From Endomicrobiales bacterium (GTDB lineage Bacteria > Elusimicrobiota > Endomicrobiia > Endomicrobiales > CAWCFT01): a DNA stretch of 64,000 bases. The stretch is taken from the NCBI GenBank assembly GCA_963794945.1, contig CAWCFT010000001.1, forward strand, positions 96,001 to 160,000, written 5' to 3'. The position numbers and the translations under genes were made by a program. Positions 11,767 to 24,260 of this stretch are shown piece after piece. The notes beneath the pieces were generated by a model. That model ran no database searches. It was given only the letters and a program-made list of their open reading frames with translations, and was not told the DNA's origin. The stretch's first letter is position 1. Every line of letters begins with the position of its first letter.

Positions 11767-12117
11767 TTAGCTTAACAACCATTCCAAACCGGCCTTACAG
11801 TCGTCAGTTACCAGCAAGCGGGCTCCCCTGTTAACCGCCACATTCTCGGCAAATCCAGTGTTCTTGCTTTTTTCATTAAGCACCAGCGTCTTGATCGGAT
11901 AATTCATGACTTTTGCGGCACGTTCGCCCAGAAGAAATTTATCTTGATCAGTGGGCCCTCCGGACAAAGTCATCATATCAACCAAGATACGAGTACGGTT
12001 ACTAATTTTGCATTCTCCAAGCACCAGGTCTATTAGCGATGAATATTGCGAGAAAGAATACTCGCCAGTTAATTGAATTTCAAGGTAATCAGGCAGTATA
12101 TTAATTTTGTAATTCAT
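11767..12117 (-). CDS. Hypothetical protein (STAS/SpoIIAA-like)
   Basis: ILVDM, FAENVAVNRG and LEWL pattern, with an RBS. Confidence 0.55.
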   Translation of the reverse strand: MNYKINILPDYLEIQLTGEYSFSQYSSLIDLVLGECKISNRTRILVDMMTLSGGPTDQDKFLLGERAAKVMNYPIKTLVLNEKSKNTGFAENVAVNRGARLLVTDDCKAGLEWLLS

Positions 12118-12172
12118 GAGTTCCCTCTTGAAAAAATGAACAAAGACATTTTTAAATAATGAGATCTGATAA

Positions 12173-12718
12173 TTATTTGCGTTTCCCCAGTTTTTCTGCC
12201 TCGGTATGTTCAGATTCTCTCAGAACGTGCAGCATGTATTTGAACTGCTTCTTCCTGTAGGCAGGATTTTTCCAATCGTTGCCGGTTATCACCTTGCGGC
12301 AGTTCCTGCTCCTGCACTTGCAGATCAATTTGTAATCAGGGTTCGAATCCGCCAGGCCGTAATCAAAACTTATCTCCTCGCCCTTCTTTATATCCCTTTT
12401 AGCTATAAAATCCCCGTTCTCGTCGAATACAAGATTGCCGTCGCAGGAATGGTTGAAACACCATTCCACCGAAAGGTTGTTGAAATCAAGCCCGTCCGGA
12501 GGGATAAAGCCTTTCTGGGTGCCAATGCAGAAATCTATTATTTTCTTCTGTATGTCCATGGAATAATTCCTAAAATGTTTCCACGGGATAACGTCTTCAT
12601 AGTCTTTTCTGCTTATACCGCCAGCCACTTTCTGCCCTTTTTTGAAACCGAACACGGCAAAAGCACCAATACCGCCCTTGTGTATCATCGACGGCTTTAG
12701 TTCCAGCGATACTTTCAT
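12173..12718 (-). CDS. SET domain protein with post-SET cysteines
   Basis: GIGAFA, FNHSCDGN, GEEISFDY and CKCRSRNCR. Confidence 0.85.
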   Translation of the reverse strand: MKVSLELKPSMIHKGGIGAFAVFGFKKGQKVAGGISRKDYEDVIPWKHFRNYSMDIQKKIIDFCIGTQKGFIPPDGLDFNNLSVEWCFNHSCDGNLVFDENGDFIAKRDIKKGEEISFDYGLADSNPDYKLICKCRSRNCRKVITGNDWKNPAYRKKQFKYMLHVLRESEHTEAEKLGKRK

Positions 12719-12861
12719 TTTAGCTCCAGTAAATTCAGGCTATCAATTGACTAAACGAAATTATACATCTTCTCTGGCGCCTATTGCAAATCGAAATAAA
12801 AAAAGGCGGATAAAAAGTATCTGCCTTTGAAATTATTAACCGGTCGTTCATTCCTGCCAAA

Positions 12862-13253
12862 CTACCGGTTTTTCAAAGAATTTTCCGCTAAAACCGTAGC
12901 TAGACCCCACACTGCGTTCAATACAGCTAACAACAGCAAACTCTTCAACCCAAGACTCTCGTTGGGCGGCATTTTCAGCGGTATGAAAATATACCACGCC
13001 GCGAACGTTGGCAGAAGGCTCAGCATCAAACCCTTAAAAACATAAAGGTCGTCATAGAACGGAATGAGGAATATAACACCCCACAATCCTCCCCACACTA
13101 CAGGTCGATAGATATTGTCCGGCTTCCATCCCGCCGCCGGTGCATTCCAAACAGTGTAACGACCCCAGCCATGCTGAACAAATAAAAGAACATAGCCTCA
13201 ACAAATCCGCCGAAAGCCCCGCTTGCGAACACTACAGCCAGTTGTTTACGCAT
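12862..13253 (-). CDS. Hypothetical membrane protein (frameshifted)
   Basis: ATG at 13253 with an RBS. Hydrophobic WGGLWG-containing C-terminal part in ORF 12862-13098. Confidence 0.55.
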
Positions 13254-13347
13254 ACTCACCTCTTGGACAATATATAGCGTAAATAGATCTACTTTTCAAT
13301 GCTAATTTCCAGATCTCGTCGATTAGAATTTTCTCAATATAGCTCTT

Positions 13348-13572
13348 TCAAAATATCAAGTCGCGGTGAAGCCGCATGCTTTTTACTCCCACACGACCAC
13401 AGTGCGGGCAAAGAGGCCTGCGCCTGCTCCCCACGGCTCCACCGACACCAAGCATAGCGGGAGCCCACACGTGCCCGCGGGTCATAGCCTTTATCGGTTT
13501 TCCGCACGCCGGACAAACACTAGACCCGCCCGGTATCTCTGTTTCACATTTGATGCATTTATTCATAACCAT
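13348..13572 (-). CDS. Small zinc-ribbon protein
   Basis: Three CxxC motifs and a GGAG RBS. Confidence 0.5.
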   Translation of the reverse strand: MVMNKCIKCETEIPGGSSVCPACGKPIKAMTRGHVWAPAMLGVGGAVGSRRRPLCPHCGRVGVKSMRLHRDLIF

Positions 13573-13584
13573 ATAATCTCTCCA

Positions 13585-14464
13585 TTATTGTTTCTTATAA
13601 TAACCCCTTCCACCGCTCTTTGCATGTTCCCTCTCCGCCTCTGCCTTTTGCTTTATGAAAGTCCCTTGGTCAAGCTCTTCGAAAGCCGTTGCCAGCTCTT
13701 CCTGAGTGTTCATGACTATCGGCCCGCCCCATGCTACCGGCTCTTTAAGCTGTTTTCCAGTCACAAATATGTAACGCAGGCTTTCCACAGCCTTGACAGT
13801 AACCTTTCCGGAGTCGCTAAATAGGACGAGTTTGCCCAGCCACAACTTCGCTCCATCGAAATCGCCCGCGCCTTCTATAACATAACAGAAGCTCGCGTAA
13901 CCTTTTTTCGCGGTGTGCTCAAGTTCCCTTCCCTTTTTTAACTTGACATCCAGGTATTCAACGTCCACTATTAAGTCCTTGACCGGCCCATAAACATCTT
14001 CATACGCGCCGGAGATAACCCTCACCGCCCCGCCCGGTATTGTTACCACAGGGAGTTCGTTCTCAAGTACGCCGCGGTAGCGCGGTTCCATCATCTTATC
14101 TTTGGCGGGCAGGTTAACCCACAGCTGTAAACCGTGCATCAACCCATCGGTTATCTGCGGCATCTCTTGATGTATAACCCGCCGCCCGCCGTCATCCACT
14201 GGACGTCCCCGGGCCTATCTTGCCCAAGTTGCCGATGCTGTCGCCGTGGTGGACAACGCCGCCCAGCATATAAGTGACAGTTTCTATCCCTCTGTGCGGA
14301 TGCCACGGAAACCCCTTGACGTAGTCCGCCGGGTCATCGGAGCCGAAGTGGTCCAAAAGCAGGAAAGGGTCAGTAAGCTCAGTATGGTCGTGCGCGAACA
14401 CCCTGCTGATCTTTACCCCCGCCCCATCCCACACAGTTTGCCCTTCAAGAATAATTTTTTTCAT
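13585..14464 (-). CDS. Pirin family protein (frameshifted)
   Basis: DPFLLLDHF, HPHRGIETVTY, HQEMP, LQLWVNLP and GGPIVMNT. Confidence 0.92.
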
Positions 14465-14859
14465 TTATGCCTCGTGCTGTTATCCTTTAACTATTTTATT
14501 AGATTGCGCGGGAATATACGCTAGTCTGTTTCGCTATTTTTTTGACTTTTTTCCAAACCGGGGCTGCCGGTCAAAATTTTTACAATGTACCTCCGCGCCA
14601 ACCAATCCGCGACGAACGTAAGATTAACATATTCTTAACAAATAAAGCACATGAAAATTAACATTTATACGCTAAAATCGAGTAAAGATCGTGCGTTATA
14701 ATACCTGAGCCATGAAACAGAGCATGAAGGAACACGCGATACCGTTCACTGAAACTGCCGGGCCGTCGGCAGCCGTCCCTTAACACTCATACCACCACCA
14801 TCACCCCCAGCCGCCACCGCAATACTATGCTTTTGAAATCGATACAGGAACCACGGGAA

Positions 14860-16844
14860 ATGAAACATTTCAATAGCGTCGGGACTAAACTTATAATAAT
14901 ACTGACTTTCGGGATAGTGATATTGTGCTCCGTTCATGGAATGATCAATATAATTTTCCTTAGCAACAGCATGACAAGAGAGTTTGACGGAAGGATCGTG
15001 TCTATCGGCGAAAACCTCTCTGCCGGTATAACTGAACAACTAGGGGTAGCGCTGTCGTGCACAAGGGATACAATGATGAAGATCATGCTTGACCCTGTGA
15101 TCCCCGTATTCGATTCGGTTGTGGAGAAGGAAGACATAGCTTATGTAGTGCTATCCAAAAATGACGGCAAAGCTATCCTCACTGCCGGCAGCCGAGAGGC
15201 GCTAAAGGGCAGGCTTTCGGGCGTAAAAAAAGACATCCGCTCTCTCGGACAGTATAAGATAAGCCGTGTGTCGTTCAAAAGCGGTAATTACCTCGAAGTG
15301 AATATCCCCGTGCTAAAGGATAAAAATACCATGGGGGTTATAAGCCTGGGGTTCACAGATACCCGGCTCAGGAATATAATCGCGCACTCAATTTGGTTCA
15401 TGGCTTTGACTTCGCTTATAGGAATATCGATACTATGCTCGCTGATATATATTTTTATCGGTAGGTCGGTATGCGGGCCTCTTAAAGAGGTAACGACGGC
15501 GGCTAAGGAGATAGCTAACGGCAACCTGTCCCAAAAGGATATACGAGTGGAAAGCGCGGACGAGATAGGCCAGCTCGCTGGTGTGTTCAACCAGATGGCC
15601 GCCAAGCTCGGCGGGCTCGCGAAAAGGGCAAGGCTTATCGCCGAAGGCAATATAGGCTCCAATATTGTCGAGGAACGCTTAAAGGCCGGCGAGAACCTTG
15701 AGAACGCGGCTATGCACGGCGATGAAAAGACAAAGGGTGACCTTGAGGAAGCTTTCGACGGGATGCTTGCTGAACTACGCAAACTCACAGTTCAGGCCCG
15801 CAGAATAGCCGCCGACGACTTGAACAATCCTTTGCTTGACATGCGTATGCAGGGCGAGCTCGGCCAGGCATTCTCTCTTATGACTCTGAAGCTCCGCGAA
15901 CTTTCGAAGGCGGCCGAACGCCTAGCTGAAGGCGACCTTGCCGAGAGCATAAAAGGAACAGGCGTGCTCTCAAACGCTTTCAAAAAAGTAATAACAAGCT
16001 CCGAAGAAATGGCGCAAAACGCCGCTACGATAGCAACTGCGACCTTACCGTCACCGTGAACATCAGGTCGGACAGAGATTCCCTCGGCATCGCTTTCTCA
16101 AAAATGGTCTCTAACTTAAGGAGCCTTATAGCGAACGTCAAAGAGCAGTCCGAGATAGTGTCGCAATCTGCAAAGGTGCTTTCGGACATGGCTGACCAGT
16201 TTGCCCAGGCTATAACGTCCGCGATAACCCAAAACCTTCAAACCGCCGCGGCGGCGGCAACCGACGCCCACAATACCAGCGTCATGGGCGAGAAATCGCT
16301 AAAAACACTCGTTGACAAAATAATGATGATAAAGTCCGTCTCTGAAGCGTCGGCCGCCGCTATGAATAAATTATCGGACAAGTCGTCGCAGATAGGCGAG
16401 ATAGTAGGCATGATAACAAAATTCGCCGACCAGAGCAGCCTGCTGTCCCTAAACGCGAACATAGAAGCCGCCAGGGCCGGCGAAGCCGGCAGAGGGTTCG
16501 CCGTAGTCGCCGGCGAAGTAAGGAAGCTTGCCGAGAATTCATCAAACTCCGCGCAAGAGATCTCAAGTATCGTGGAAGAAGTCCGGGGCGACACAAAAGA
16601 AGTATCGGCCTCTTTCATCAACGGGCAGCAACATATAAACATAGGCGCTTCACTGACCAAAGAGTCAAGCAGAAAGTTCCGTGAAATAGTCGCCAAACTT
16701 GACAACATCTCGGGCCAGATAGAAAAAATGGCGGCTGCTTCGGAAGAAATTTCCGCCTCATCCCAGGAAACCACTTCAGCAGCTGCCCAGCTGTCCGGCA
16801 CAGCCAAGGTCCTGCGCGATGCAGTAAACAAATTCGTCGTTTAA
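14860..16844 (+). CDS. Methyl-accepting chemotaxis protein (frameshift near 16040)
   Basis: Two TM segments, HAMP repeats (DEIGQLA) and the signalling motif [32 protein letters not shown]. Confidence 0.92.
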
Positions 16845-16917
16845 ACCAACCTCCGTATATACCAGGCTATCTGTACGATCAATCCCTTTGGCAGCTTTTC
16901 AGCGGTATAACGCCACT

Positions 16918-17319
16918 TCAGGCGCGGTTTGTTGAACACGTATGAACTGCACGATGCCGTGAATATCGCTTAGTTTTTTGTTGTATTCTGTTCTCGCGCC
17001 GCTCAGCGTTATTTCCACAGGCGCGTTTTCCGCGGCTCTCTGGGAACGTACATGATATCACACAGCTGAAATCGTCATCCCAATACGCCTTGAATGCCAT
17101 CACACTGTTGTCAGGCAACCTAAAACTCACTCTCGGATTCTCTGACACATCCATCGCCACATTAAAAATGAAAGTAAACGTAGTCTCCACTCCCGGCTTG
17201 ATGGCTTCGGGCGTGGAATAGAACATGCTCAGTTCTTGGGCCTGGTCTTCGCAGTGCGTCGTAAGCGCAGATGCCGCCAGCGCTAGAAGCGAAATAATAA
17301 TATAGTTTATGACCTTCAT
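16918..17319 (-). CDS. Hypothetical secreted protein (C-terminus possibly frameshifted)
   Basis: GGAGG RBS and a signal peptide. Confidence 0.5.
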   Translation of the reverse strand: MKVINYIIISLLALAASALTTHCEDQAQELSMFYSTPEAIKPGVETTFTFIFNVAMDVSENPRVSFRLPDNSVMAFKAYWDDDFSCVISCTFPESRGKRACGNNAERRENRIQQKTKRYSRHRAVHTCSTNRA

Positions 17320-17423
17320 AATAGACCTCCGTTGGAATCTATTCTGTGATCATATTTTGTAATTATTTTCGTTTCGGTCAAATCGGTGGGATACACCAAA
17401 TACTGACAATTTTCGGCTTTAAT

Positions 17424-18420
17424 TCAGGCTGGCTCTCTTAATTCTGAAAAACGTATAAGCTTTTCCCTGGCTTCGTCCCACAGCGCGAGGGTTATGGACC
17501 TGTTCATCTGTGAGTATGTCAGGGTTTTAACTTCCTGCAGTTCCGGTATTTCCCTGTAACAGCGGTCGAGGTTGTAGTTGGGTATCCTGTAATTTAAGTG
17601 ATGTATGTAATGGTAACCGATGTTCGCGGTAAACCAGCGCAATATTCCGGGAAAATTAAAGAACGAGCTCCCCTTCACGGCCGCCTGGAACCTGTCCCAC
17701 TTATCGTCGCGGGCCCAGTATACGCCTTCAAAATTGTGGTTGATGAAAAATATCCAGATACCGAAACTGAACGCCGGGATAGCGACAGGCAGTTGAACGG
17801 CCAGGTACTGCTTGATGCCTACGGTATAATGGGCCGTGAAAATTATCAAAGCTATCATTATATCGGTAAATATAATGCTCCAAAAAGTCTTGGCGCGCGT
17901 GCCTCCTCTCGGGAACCGGTTTAAAATTAAAAATTTCAGCGCCGGACCTACCCCGAAAAGCACGAACGGGTTGCGGAATATCCGGTAACCTATCCTTTTC
18001 CAGAACGGACGAAGCCTTATATTCATTTACGGTCATAGTCCAAACGTCCCCTTCGCCGCGCTTGTCGAGGTTGGCGACAGTGGCGTGGTGTATAACGTGG
18101 CCCTGCCTGAAATCGAAGAATGCCATGAAAGTGATTATCCCGCAGATGTGTCCTATGATAAAACTCGCGAGCGGCGACCTGCGCCAGTACGATTTGTGCG
18201 AACAGTCGTGCATTATCAGGAATATCCTCACAAAGAAGAGGCTCGCGAGCGGCGCCAGCAGCAAAACCGTCCAATACCTGTAACCGTTATGCACAAGATA
18301 AAGCATAGTGAATATAAGTAAGAAATACGGAACTGACGTCACCAGCATTTGTGTTACGGACTTATAAATATCCGCCCCTTCATATTGGTTTAACTTCTGG
18401 ACCCATTCTCCGTGCTGCAT
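17424..18420 (-). CDS. Fatty acid desaturase (frameshifted)
   Basis: His boxes HDCSH, HVIHH and HYIHH, plus IPNYNL. Confidence 0.9.
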
Positions 18421-18649
18421 AAAACACTCCTTAAGTTAATGTAAGAAGCTTTCCAGTATTTTATTAGATTCCGATCTAATATTTGATTACTTGTTTCGCC
18501 TTTTCGTTGACGTTTTTACACCTCGGACTTCACAATCGCCGCCAAGCTATTTTCAGTAGTAAGAAGATCAGTTAAAAGGAGAAAAACGCCATTGAACAGG
18601 CCAGCTTTAAGTTGTAACCTTTAAAATATCGTTCAAGGCGGAGGGTTTT

Positions 18650-19639
18650 ATGCTTAAAGTTGCCATAAACGGGCTTGGAAGGATCGGAAGGGCGGCGCTA
18701 AGGGTGATCATGGACACGCCTGAACTGGAGTTGGTGGCGGTAAACGACCTCATCGCGGTAGACAACCTCGTTTACCTTCTCCAGTATGATACAGTTTACG
18801 GTCTGTACGAAAAGGCTGTCTCTAACGATAAGGGTAATTTAGCGATCAACGGAAAAAAGTTAAAGCTATATACCGAAAAAGACCCCGCTCAGCTGCCGTG
18901 GAAAAAGCTGGGTATAGATATTGTGTTCGAGTGCACCGGGTTTTTTACCGCCAGGGATGACGCGCAAAAACATATAAAAGCCGGAGCAAAAAGGGTCATA
19001 CTTTCCGCGCCGTCAAAAAGCGAGGACGTTGTGACAGTGGTCCACGGCGTAAATAAAGCCGGAAAGGACGACGCAATAATTTCCACCGCGAGCTGCACCA
19101 CCAACTGCATAACACCGGTGATAGAGATCATTGGCAGGCGGGTGGGGATCAAGAAAGCGATAATGACCACCCTGCACGCTTACACGTCTTCCCAGCACCT
19201 GGTAGACGGCCCTTCCTCTAAGTTCAGGAAAGGGCGCGCGGCGGGCGCAAACCTTGTACCGACAACAACCGGCGCGGCTATCGCAACAACAAGAGCTCTG
19301 CCGCAGTATAAAGACAAGTTCGACGGTTCAGCAGTGCGCGCGCCCATTGCCGTGGGCTCGATATCCGACATCATCCTTGTAACATCAAGAAACACTTCAG
19401 TGGAAGAAGTAAACGGTATATTCATAGAAGAATCCCAGGCATCGAGGTATAGGGGCATTCTAGGCGTCGCGAGGGACCCGATAGTCTCTTCTGACATCAT
19501 CAGGGACCCCAGGGCTTCTATTGTCGATTTAGAGATGACGCAAGTAGTCGACCATGACCTTGTAAAGATAATGAGCTGGTACGATAATGAGTGGGGTTAT
19601 GTCAACCAGATGATAAGAACGGCTATGACATTCGCCTAG
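18650..19639 (+). CDS. gap: Type I glyceraldehyde-3-phosphate dehydrogenase
   Basis: INGLGRIGR, ASCTTNC and SWYDNEWGY. Confidence 0.96.
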   Translation: MLKVAINGLGRIGRAALRVIMDTPELELVAVNDLIAVDNLVYLLQYDTVYGLYEKAVSNDKGNLAINGKKLKLYTEKDPAQLPWKKLGIDIVFECTGFFTARDDAQKHIKAGAKRVILSAPSKSEDVVTVVHGVNKAGKDDAIISTASCTTNCITPVIEIIGRRVGIKKAIMTTLHAYTSSQHLVDGPSSKFRKGRAAGANLVPTTTGAAIATTRALPQYKDKFDGSAVRAPIAVGSISDIILVTSRNTSVEEVNGIFIEESQASRYRGILGVARDPIVSSDIIRDPRASIVDLEMTQVVDHDLVKIMSWYDNEWGYVNQMIRTAMTFA

Positions 19640-19667
19640 TCAATAATCATTCAACCTGGAGAATAAA

Positions 19668-21488
19668 ATGTCAACGGGAACTGATACTCTTGCCGATATA
19701 AAACAACAGGGAATGGGAGCAATACCCGGCGTGAGGGGCGTAACTTTTCGCGTTTGGGCACCCAACGCCGAAAAGGTTTTTTTAACAGGAACCTTTAACA
19801 ATTGGAGCAAGGGTTCAACGCCTCTCGATAAAGAGGAAAACGGTTACTGGGCTATCGAAGTACCCGCTGCAAAAACCGGTGATGAATATAAGTACCTTAT
19901 CTATGGGCTCAAGGGCCCGGTCCACCGCATTGATCCTTACGCCAGAAAAGTTACTAACTCGGTCGGCAACGGAGTCATCTATGATACAAAAGCCTTCGAT
20001 TGGGACGGCGATAACTTTCGCATCGCTTCCGACAACGAGATTGTCATTTATGAAATGCACATCGGAACCTTTCACGTGAAGGAAAAGGGCAAACCCGGAA
20101 CGTTCAAGAACGCGATCGAAAAAATGCCCTACCTAAAGGAATTAGGTATAAACGCCGTGGAATTAATGCCCATCACTGAGTTCCCAGGCGACTTTTCGTG
20201 GGGATACAATCCCTCTCAACCCTTTGCCGTCAAGAGCATTTACGGTGGGCCTGACAGCCTTAAGGAATTTATCAGGGCAGCCCACAAGCACGGCATAGCA
20301 GTGATCATTGACGTCGTTTACAACCATTTTGGCCCCAGCGATCTTGACCTGTGGCAGTTTGACGGTTGGAGTGAGAATGAACAGGGCGGTATTTACTTTT
20401 ACAATGACCGCCGTTCTAAGACTCCCTGGGGGAATACACGACCCGACTACGGACGCAGCGAAGTACGCCAATACCTGCGTGATAACGCGCTGATGTGGCT
20501 GGACGAATACCGCGCGGACGGTTTGCGCTGGGACTCCATACCATATATACATACAGTCGATGGCAAAGACTCGGATCCGGACAATGAGATACCTGAAGGC
20601 TGGACACTGATGCAGTGGATCAATGAAGAGATACACAAGAAGTTCCCGGGAAAGATCAGCATCGCAGAAGGCATGCATAATAACGCGAAAATAATTAAAG
20701 ATACATCCTATGGAGGCGCCGGCTTCAGTGCACAATGGGACAGCGAATTTTTAAACCCGGTCCGTCACGCAGTAATAGAACGTGATGATGCGTCAAGGAA
20801 CCTGGCGGCGGTAACAAAAGCCGTCGAGTATCGCTACGACCTGGATTTCTACCGGCGGGTAATTTTTACTGAGTCACACGATGAGGTCGCTAACGGCAAG
20901 GCCCGGGTACCGGAGGAGATCTGGCCGGGCAATGTCAACAGTTGGTTTTCCAAGAAACGTTCCACGCTTGGAGGAGCCCTTGTACTTACTTCCCCCGGCA
21001 TACCAATGCTTTTTCAAGGGCAGGAGCTGCTGGAAGACCACTGGTTCCAGGATAAAGATCCTATCGATTGGTCACGTGCTAAGGATGAACACGGTATTCT
21101 TAATATGTACCGCGACCTGATAACCCTTCGGCGCGATTTATCGGGCACGACGCGTGGATTTTGCGGACAGAATATCCATATCTTCCATTTCGATGACGCC
21201 TCAAAGATCTTCGCTTTCCACCGGTGGGACAAACAGGGTTCGAAAGACAGCGTGGTCGTAGCAGTAAATATGACAACCCAAAGCCGTGACGGCTATTCTA
21301 TCGGATTTCCCAGGCAGGGCCTTTGGAGAACACGCTTTAACAGCGACTCTTATAACTACGGACCAGATTTCGCGAACCATCCTTCGCTCGATGTTGAAGC
21401 CCGGGAGCCTGGGTTCGACGGTCTCCCTTGCTCCGGAAAAATTAGTATCGGCCCCTACACTGTGGTGATATTTTCGCAAGACAATTAG
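19668..21488 (+). CDS. GH13 glycoside hydrolase with CBM48 (branching enzyme/TreZ-like)
   Basis: FRVWAPNA, IYEMHIGTF, SWGYNP, DVVYNHFG, DGLRWD and ESHDEV. Confidence 0.9.
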   Translation: MSTGTDTLADIKQQGMGAIPGVRGVTFRVWAPNAEKVFLTGTFNNWSKGSTPLDKEENGYWAIEVPAAKTGDEYKYLIYGLKGPVHRIDPYARKVTNSVGNGVIYDTKAFDWDGDNFRIASDNEIVIYEMHIGTFHVKEKGKPGTFKNAIEKMPYLKELGINAVELMPITEFPGDFSWGYNPSQPFAVKSIYGGPDSLKEFIRAAHKHGIAVIIDVVYNHFGPSDLDLWQFDGWSENEQGGIYFYNDRRSKTPWGNTRPDYGRSEVRQYLRDNALMWLDEYRADGLRWDSIPYIHTVDGKDSDPDNEIPEGWTLMQWINEEIHKKFPGKISIAEGMHNNAKIIKDTSYGGAGFSAQWDSEFLNPVRHAVIERDDASRNLAAVTKAVEYRYDLDFYRRVIFTESHDEVANGKARVPEEIWPGNVNSWFSKKRSTLGGALVLTSPGIPMLFQGQELLEDHWFQDKDPIDWSRAKDEHGILNMYRDLITLRRDLSGTTRGFCGQNIHIFHFDDASKIFAFHRWDKQGSKDSVVVAVNMTTQSRDGYSIGFPRQGLWRTRFNSDSYNYGPDFANHPSLDVEAREPGFDGLPCSGKISIGPYTVVIFSQDN

Positions 21489-21541
21489 GTTTTTGACTTT
21501 AAGAAAACACATAATTTTAAAACAAAGGAGGTGATATTATC

Positions 21542-21859
21542 ATGAAGAGATTAATACTAATAATGTTGGCGTTCTCGTGTTTTTGTTTTGTAGCTGGCTG
21601 CGCAACTGTGGCTTCGCCATTAACCGGCTACATCTACACCGATGTTAAAGCGCCGGCCGCAGCTACCAGCAATTCAGGCTCCGAAAAAGTAGGCACAGCC
21701 ATGGCAACGTCAATTCTCGGGTTGTTCGCCACGGGTGACGCCAGCATACAGACAGCCGCCGTTAGCGCCGGGATAAAAAAGATCCATCATGTGGATTACC
21801 ATTCCACCAGCATCCTCGGCATCTACTCAACGTATACGGTAACCGTCTACGGGGATTAG
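21542..21859 (+). CDS. TRL-like family lipoprotein
   Basis: Lipobox VAGC, SILGLFATGDASI, GIKKIHHVDY and TVYGD. Confidence 0.85.
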   Translation: MKRLILIMLAFSCFCFVAGCATVASPLTGYIYTDVKAPAAATSNSGSEKVGTAMATSILGLFATGDASIQTAAVSAGIKKIHHVDYHSTSILGIYSTYTVTVYGD

Positions 21860-21938
21860 TCGTTCAACAAGGAAAAACCGTTAACACCTTTAAAGTGCTA
21901 GCGGTTTTTTTCATTATACCCAAATCCTCCACGTTCGA

Positions 21939-24040
21939 TCACATTGTTATTGTAAGAGGGTTAGTCCTTTTAAGGTCCGACAATTGTTTCTGAATCTCCT
22001 TCAAGTCGCCTGTTGGTTTCTGGCAAGAGCCCTTTTCACATATGTAGGCAGTAAAATTCGCATCTGCCAGCTTTTTGCCTTTCAGAAGTTCCAATACGGT
22101 CGGCTGGCCGTCCTCGCCAAGTGCTAACACCCTGCCAGGCAGGAATTTACGATAGAATGGTTCTACTAGTGGCGCCGGCATGGCCCTACCTATTGCGGTG
22201 ATCACAGCTATCTCAACACCGTAATAGTATGCGTCAAGGGCGATGAGCATCTGCGCCATGTTCTCTGGATCTATCTCCGCAAGATGAGAGCTGGTATCGA
22301 ATATCTCTTGTGTGTTTCTCAAAAAGTCATTGTTATAAGTAAGCGCGTAAAGCCTTAGGAGGTTGAGAGCGGTCATTGCGTTGGAGTTTGGGGTTGAGGT
22401 GTCGTAAAACTCCCTGCCGCGCACCAGCACATCTGTGAGGCCCGCGTCCGACAAGAAATAGCTGCCGGTCGCCTCGTCCCTGAAAAGTTCGTCCTTCTTT
22501 TCCTGCAGTTCAAGCGCCCACGTGAGCCAACTCTCGTCGAAGGTCGACTCGTAAAGCGTTATAAGCCCCTGTATAAGGAAAGCGTAATCGTCCAAAATCG
22601 CCTGCCCTGGTGCTGCTCCGGCGCGGTAATATCTTCTTAATTTTCCGTCTTTATACAGCCGTTCCTTGATGAATTTTGCAGAAGCTATCGCCGCGTCGAG
22701 GTATTTATGTTCGCCGAAGGCCTGGAAGGCCATTGCCATAGAGTGTATCATAAGGCCGTTGTACTCGGTTACTATCTTGTCATCTGTAAAAGGCCGCGGC
22801 TGTTGCCGCGTTCTTCCAGCAGTTTTTCCCTTGAGCGCTTTATGCCGGCTTCGTAACGCTTCGGCCAGAGCTTTACGTCTTTAAATGTGAGTACTGTTTG
22901 ATCGCCGAAATTCCCCTCTTCGCAGACTCCGTAAGCCGCGCAAAATTCGTCAGAGACTTCCTTGCCCAGCACAACCTCAATCTCCGGCTTTGTCCAGAGG
23001 AAATACGCACCTTCAACAGTCCCAGTGTTTGCGTCTTGAGCAGTGTAAAACCCCCCGCTGGAACTCGTCATCTCCTTCAGCACGTAATTGAGCGTTTCTC
23101 TTGCTATCAACCCGTACTCGGGCCTTTTTGTCAGCAGGAAAGCCTCGATATAGGCCTCGGAAAGGTTCGCGTTATCGTAAAGCATTTTCTCGAAATGCGG
23201 GACAATCCAACAATCATCAGTTGAATACCTGTGGAGTCTGCCTCCCAGCTGATCGTATATACCGCCTTCGGCCATCCTGTCGAGCGTAGTTTCGGCCATA
23301 GCGAGCGCGCCTTCTACCCCCCTAGCGTGCATACGCATAAGTAGCATTATCGCCCTTGAAGGAGGAAATTTCGGCGCCGCGTGGAAGCCTCCATTTAGCT
23401 TATCGAAGGTTAATGAAAGGTTATTGACAGCCGTCTTAAACACCGGGTTTTCCGTAGCAGGCAGATCGGGGTACGGGTGTGACCTTACCATCGGTATTTG
23501 CTCTGCTATATCTAGAGCCCGCACCGGGTCGATATTCTTTAGGTGTTCCAGCATCTGGTCGGCTGATTTAAGAAGGGCTGCTCGCTGGTTCGCCCAGAGC
23601 ATCTGAACACGCGCAAGCGCCTTTGTAAAATCATCTTTTGCAAAATAGGAAGCCGCATAGAACGGTTTAAGGTTCGGCGTAAGGAACACTGACATCGGCC
23701 AGCCGCCGGTACCGTTTATGGATATAACCGCGTTCATATAAAGCTGGTCGATATCGGGGCGTTCCTCGCGGTCAACTTTGACCGACACAAAATATTTGTT
23801 AAGCAGCTCCGCCGTTTCCGTGTTCTCGAAAGACTCTTTCTCCATTACATGGCACCAGTGGCAGGTGGAATAACCGACGGAAAGGAAAATAGGTTTGTCT
23901 TCTGAGACAGCCTTCCTGAACGCTTCGTCCCCCCATGGGTACCAGTCTACGGGATTATACGCGTGCTGCAGCAGATAAGGGCTTTTCTCATTGACCAGCC
24001 GATTTGCTTTGATTGTTTTGGGTGCTTGAGCCGTAATCAT
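21939..24040 (-). CDS. Thioredoxin-domain protein YyaL/SSP411 family (frameshift near 22810)
   Basis: [38 protein letters not shown] and LDDYAF. Confidence 0.92.
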
Positions 24041-24260
24041 AATTGCGCCTCTTTATTTATTCTTTACTTCTCACCTCATTATATTATAAAAGGTATGAAT
24101 ATAGCCTGATTGTTTTCGCTTTTTTATTGACTTTATTTAGCTTCAATAGCCGGCCCCGCCGGGGCGGTGTTTGTAAAATATTTTAAAAATAATGCCCAAG
24201 ATCATCCCCCCGAAACGGGATCATCCTGGGCTTATTCGTGCGATGCATATAACTTTACTA

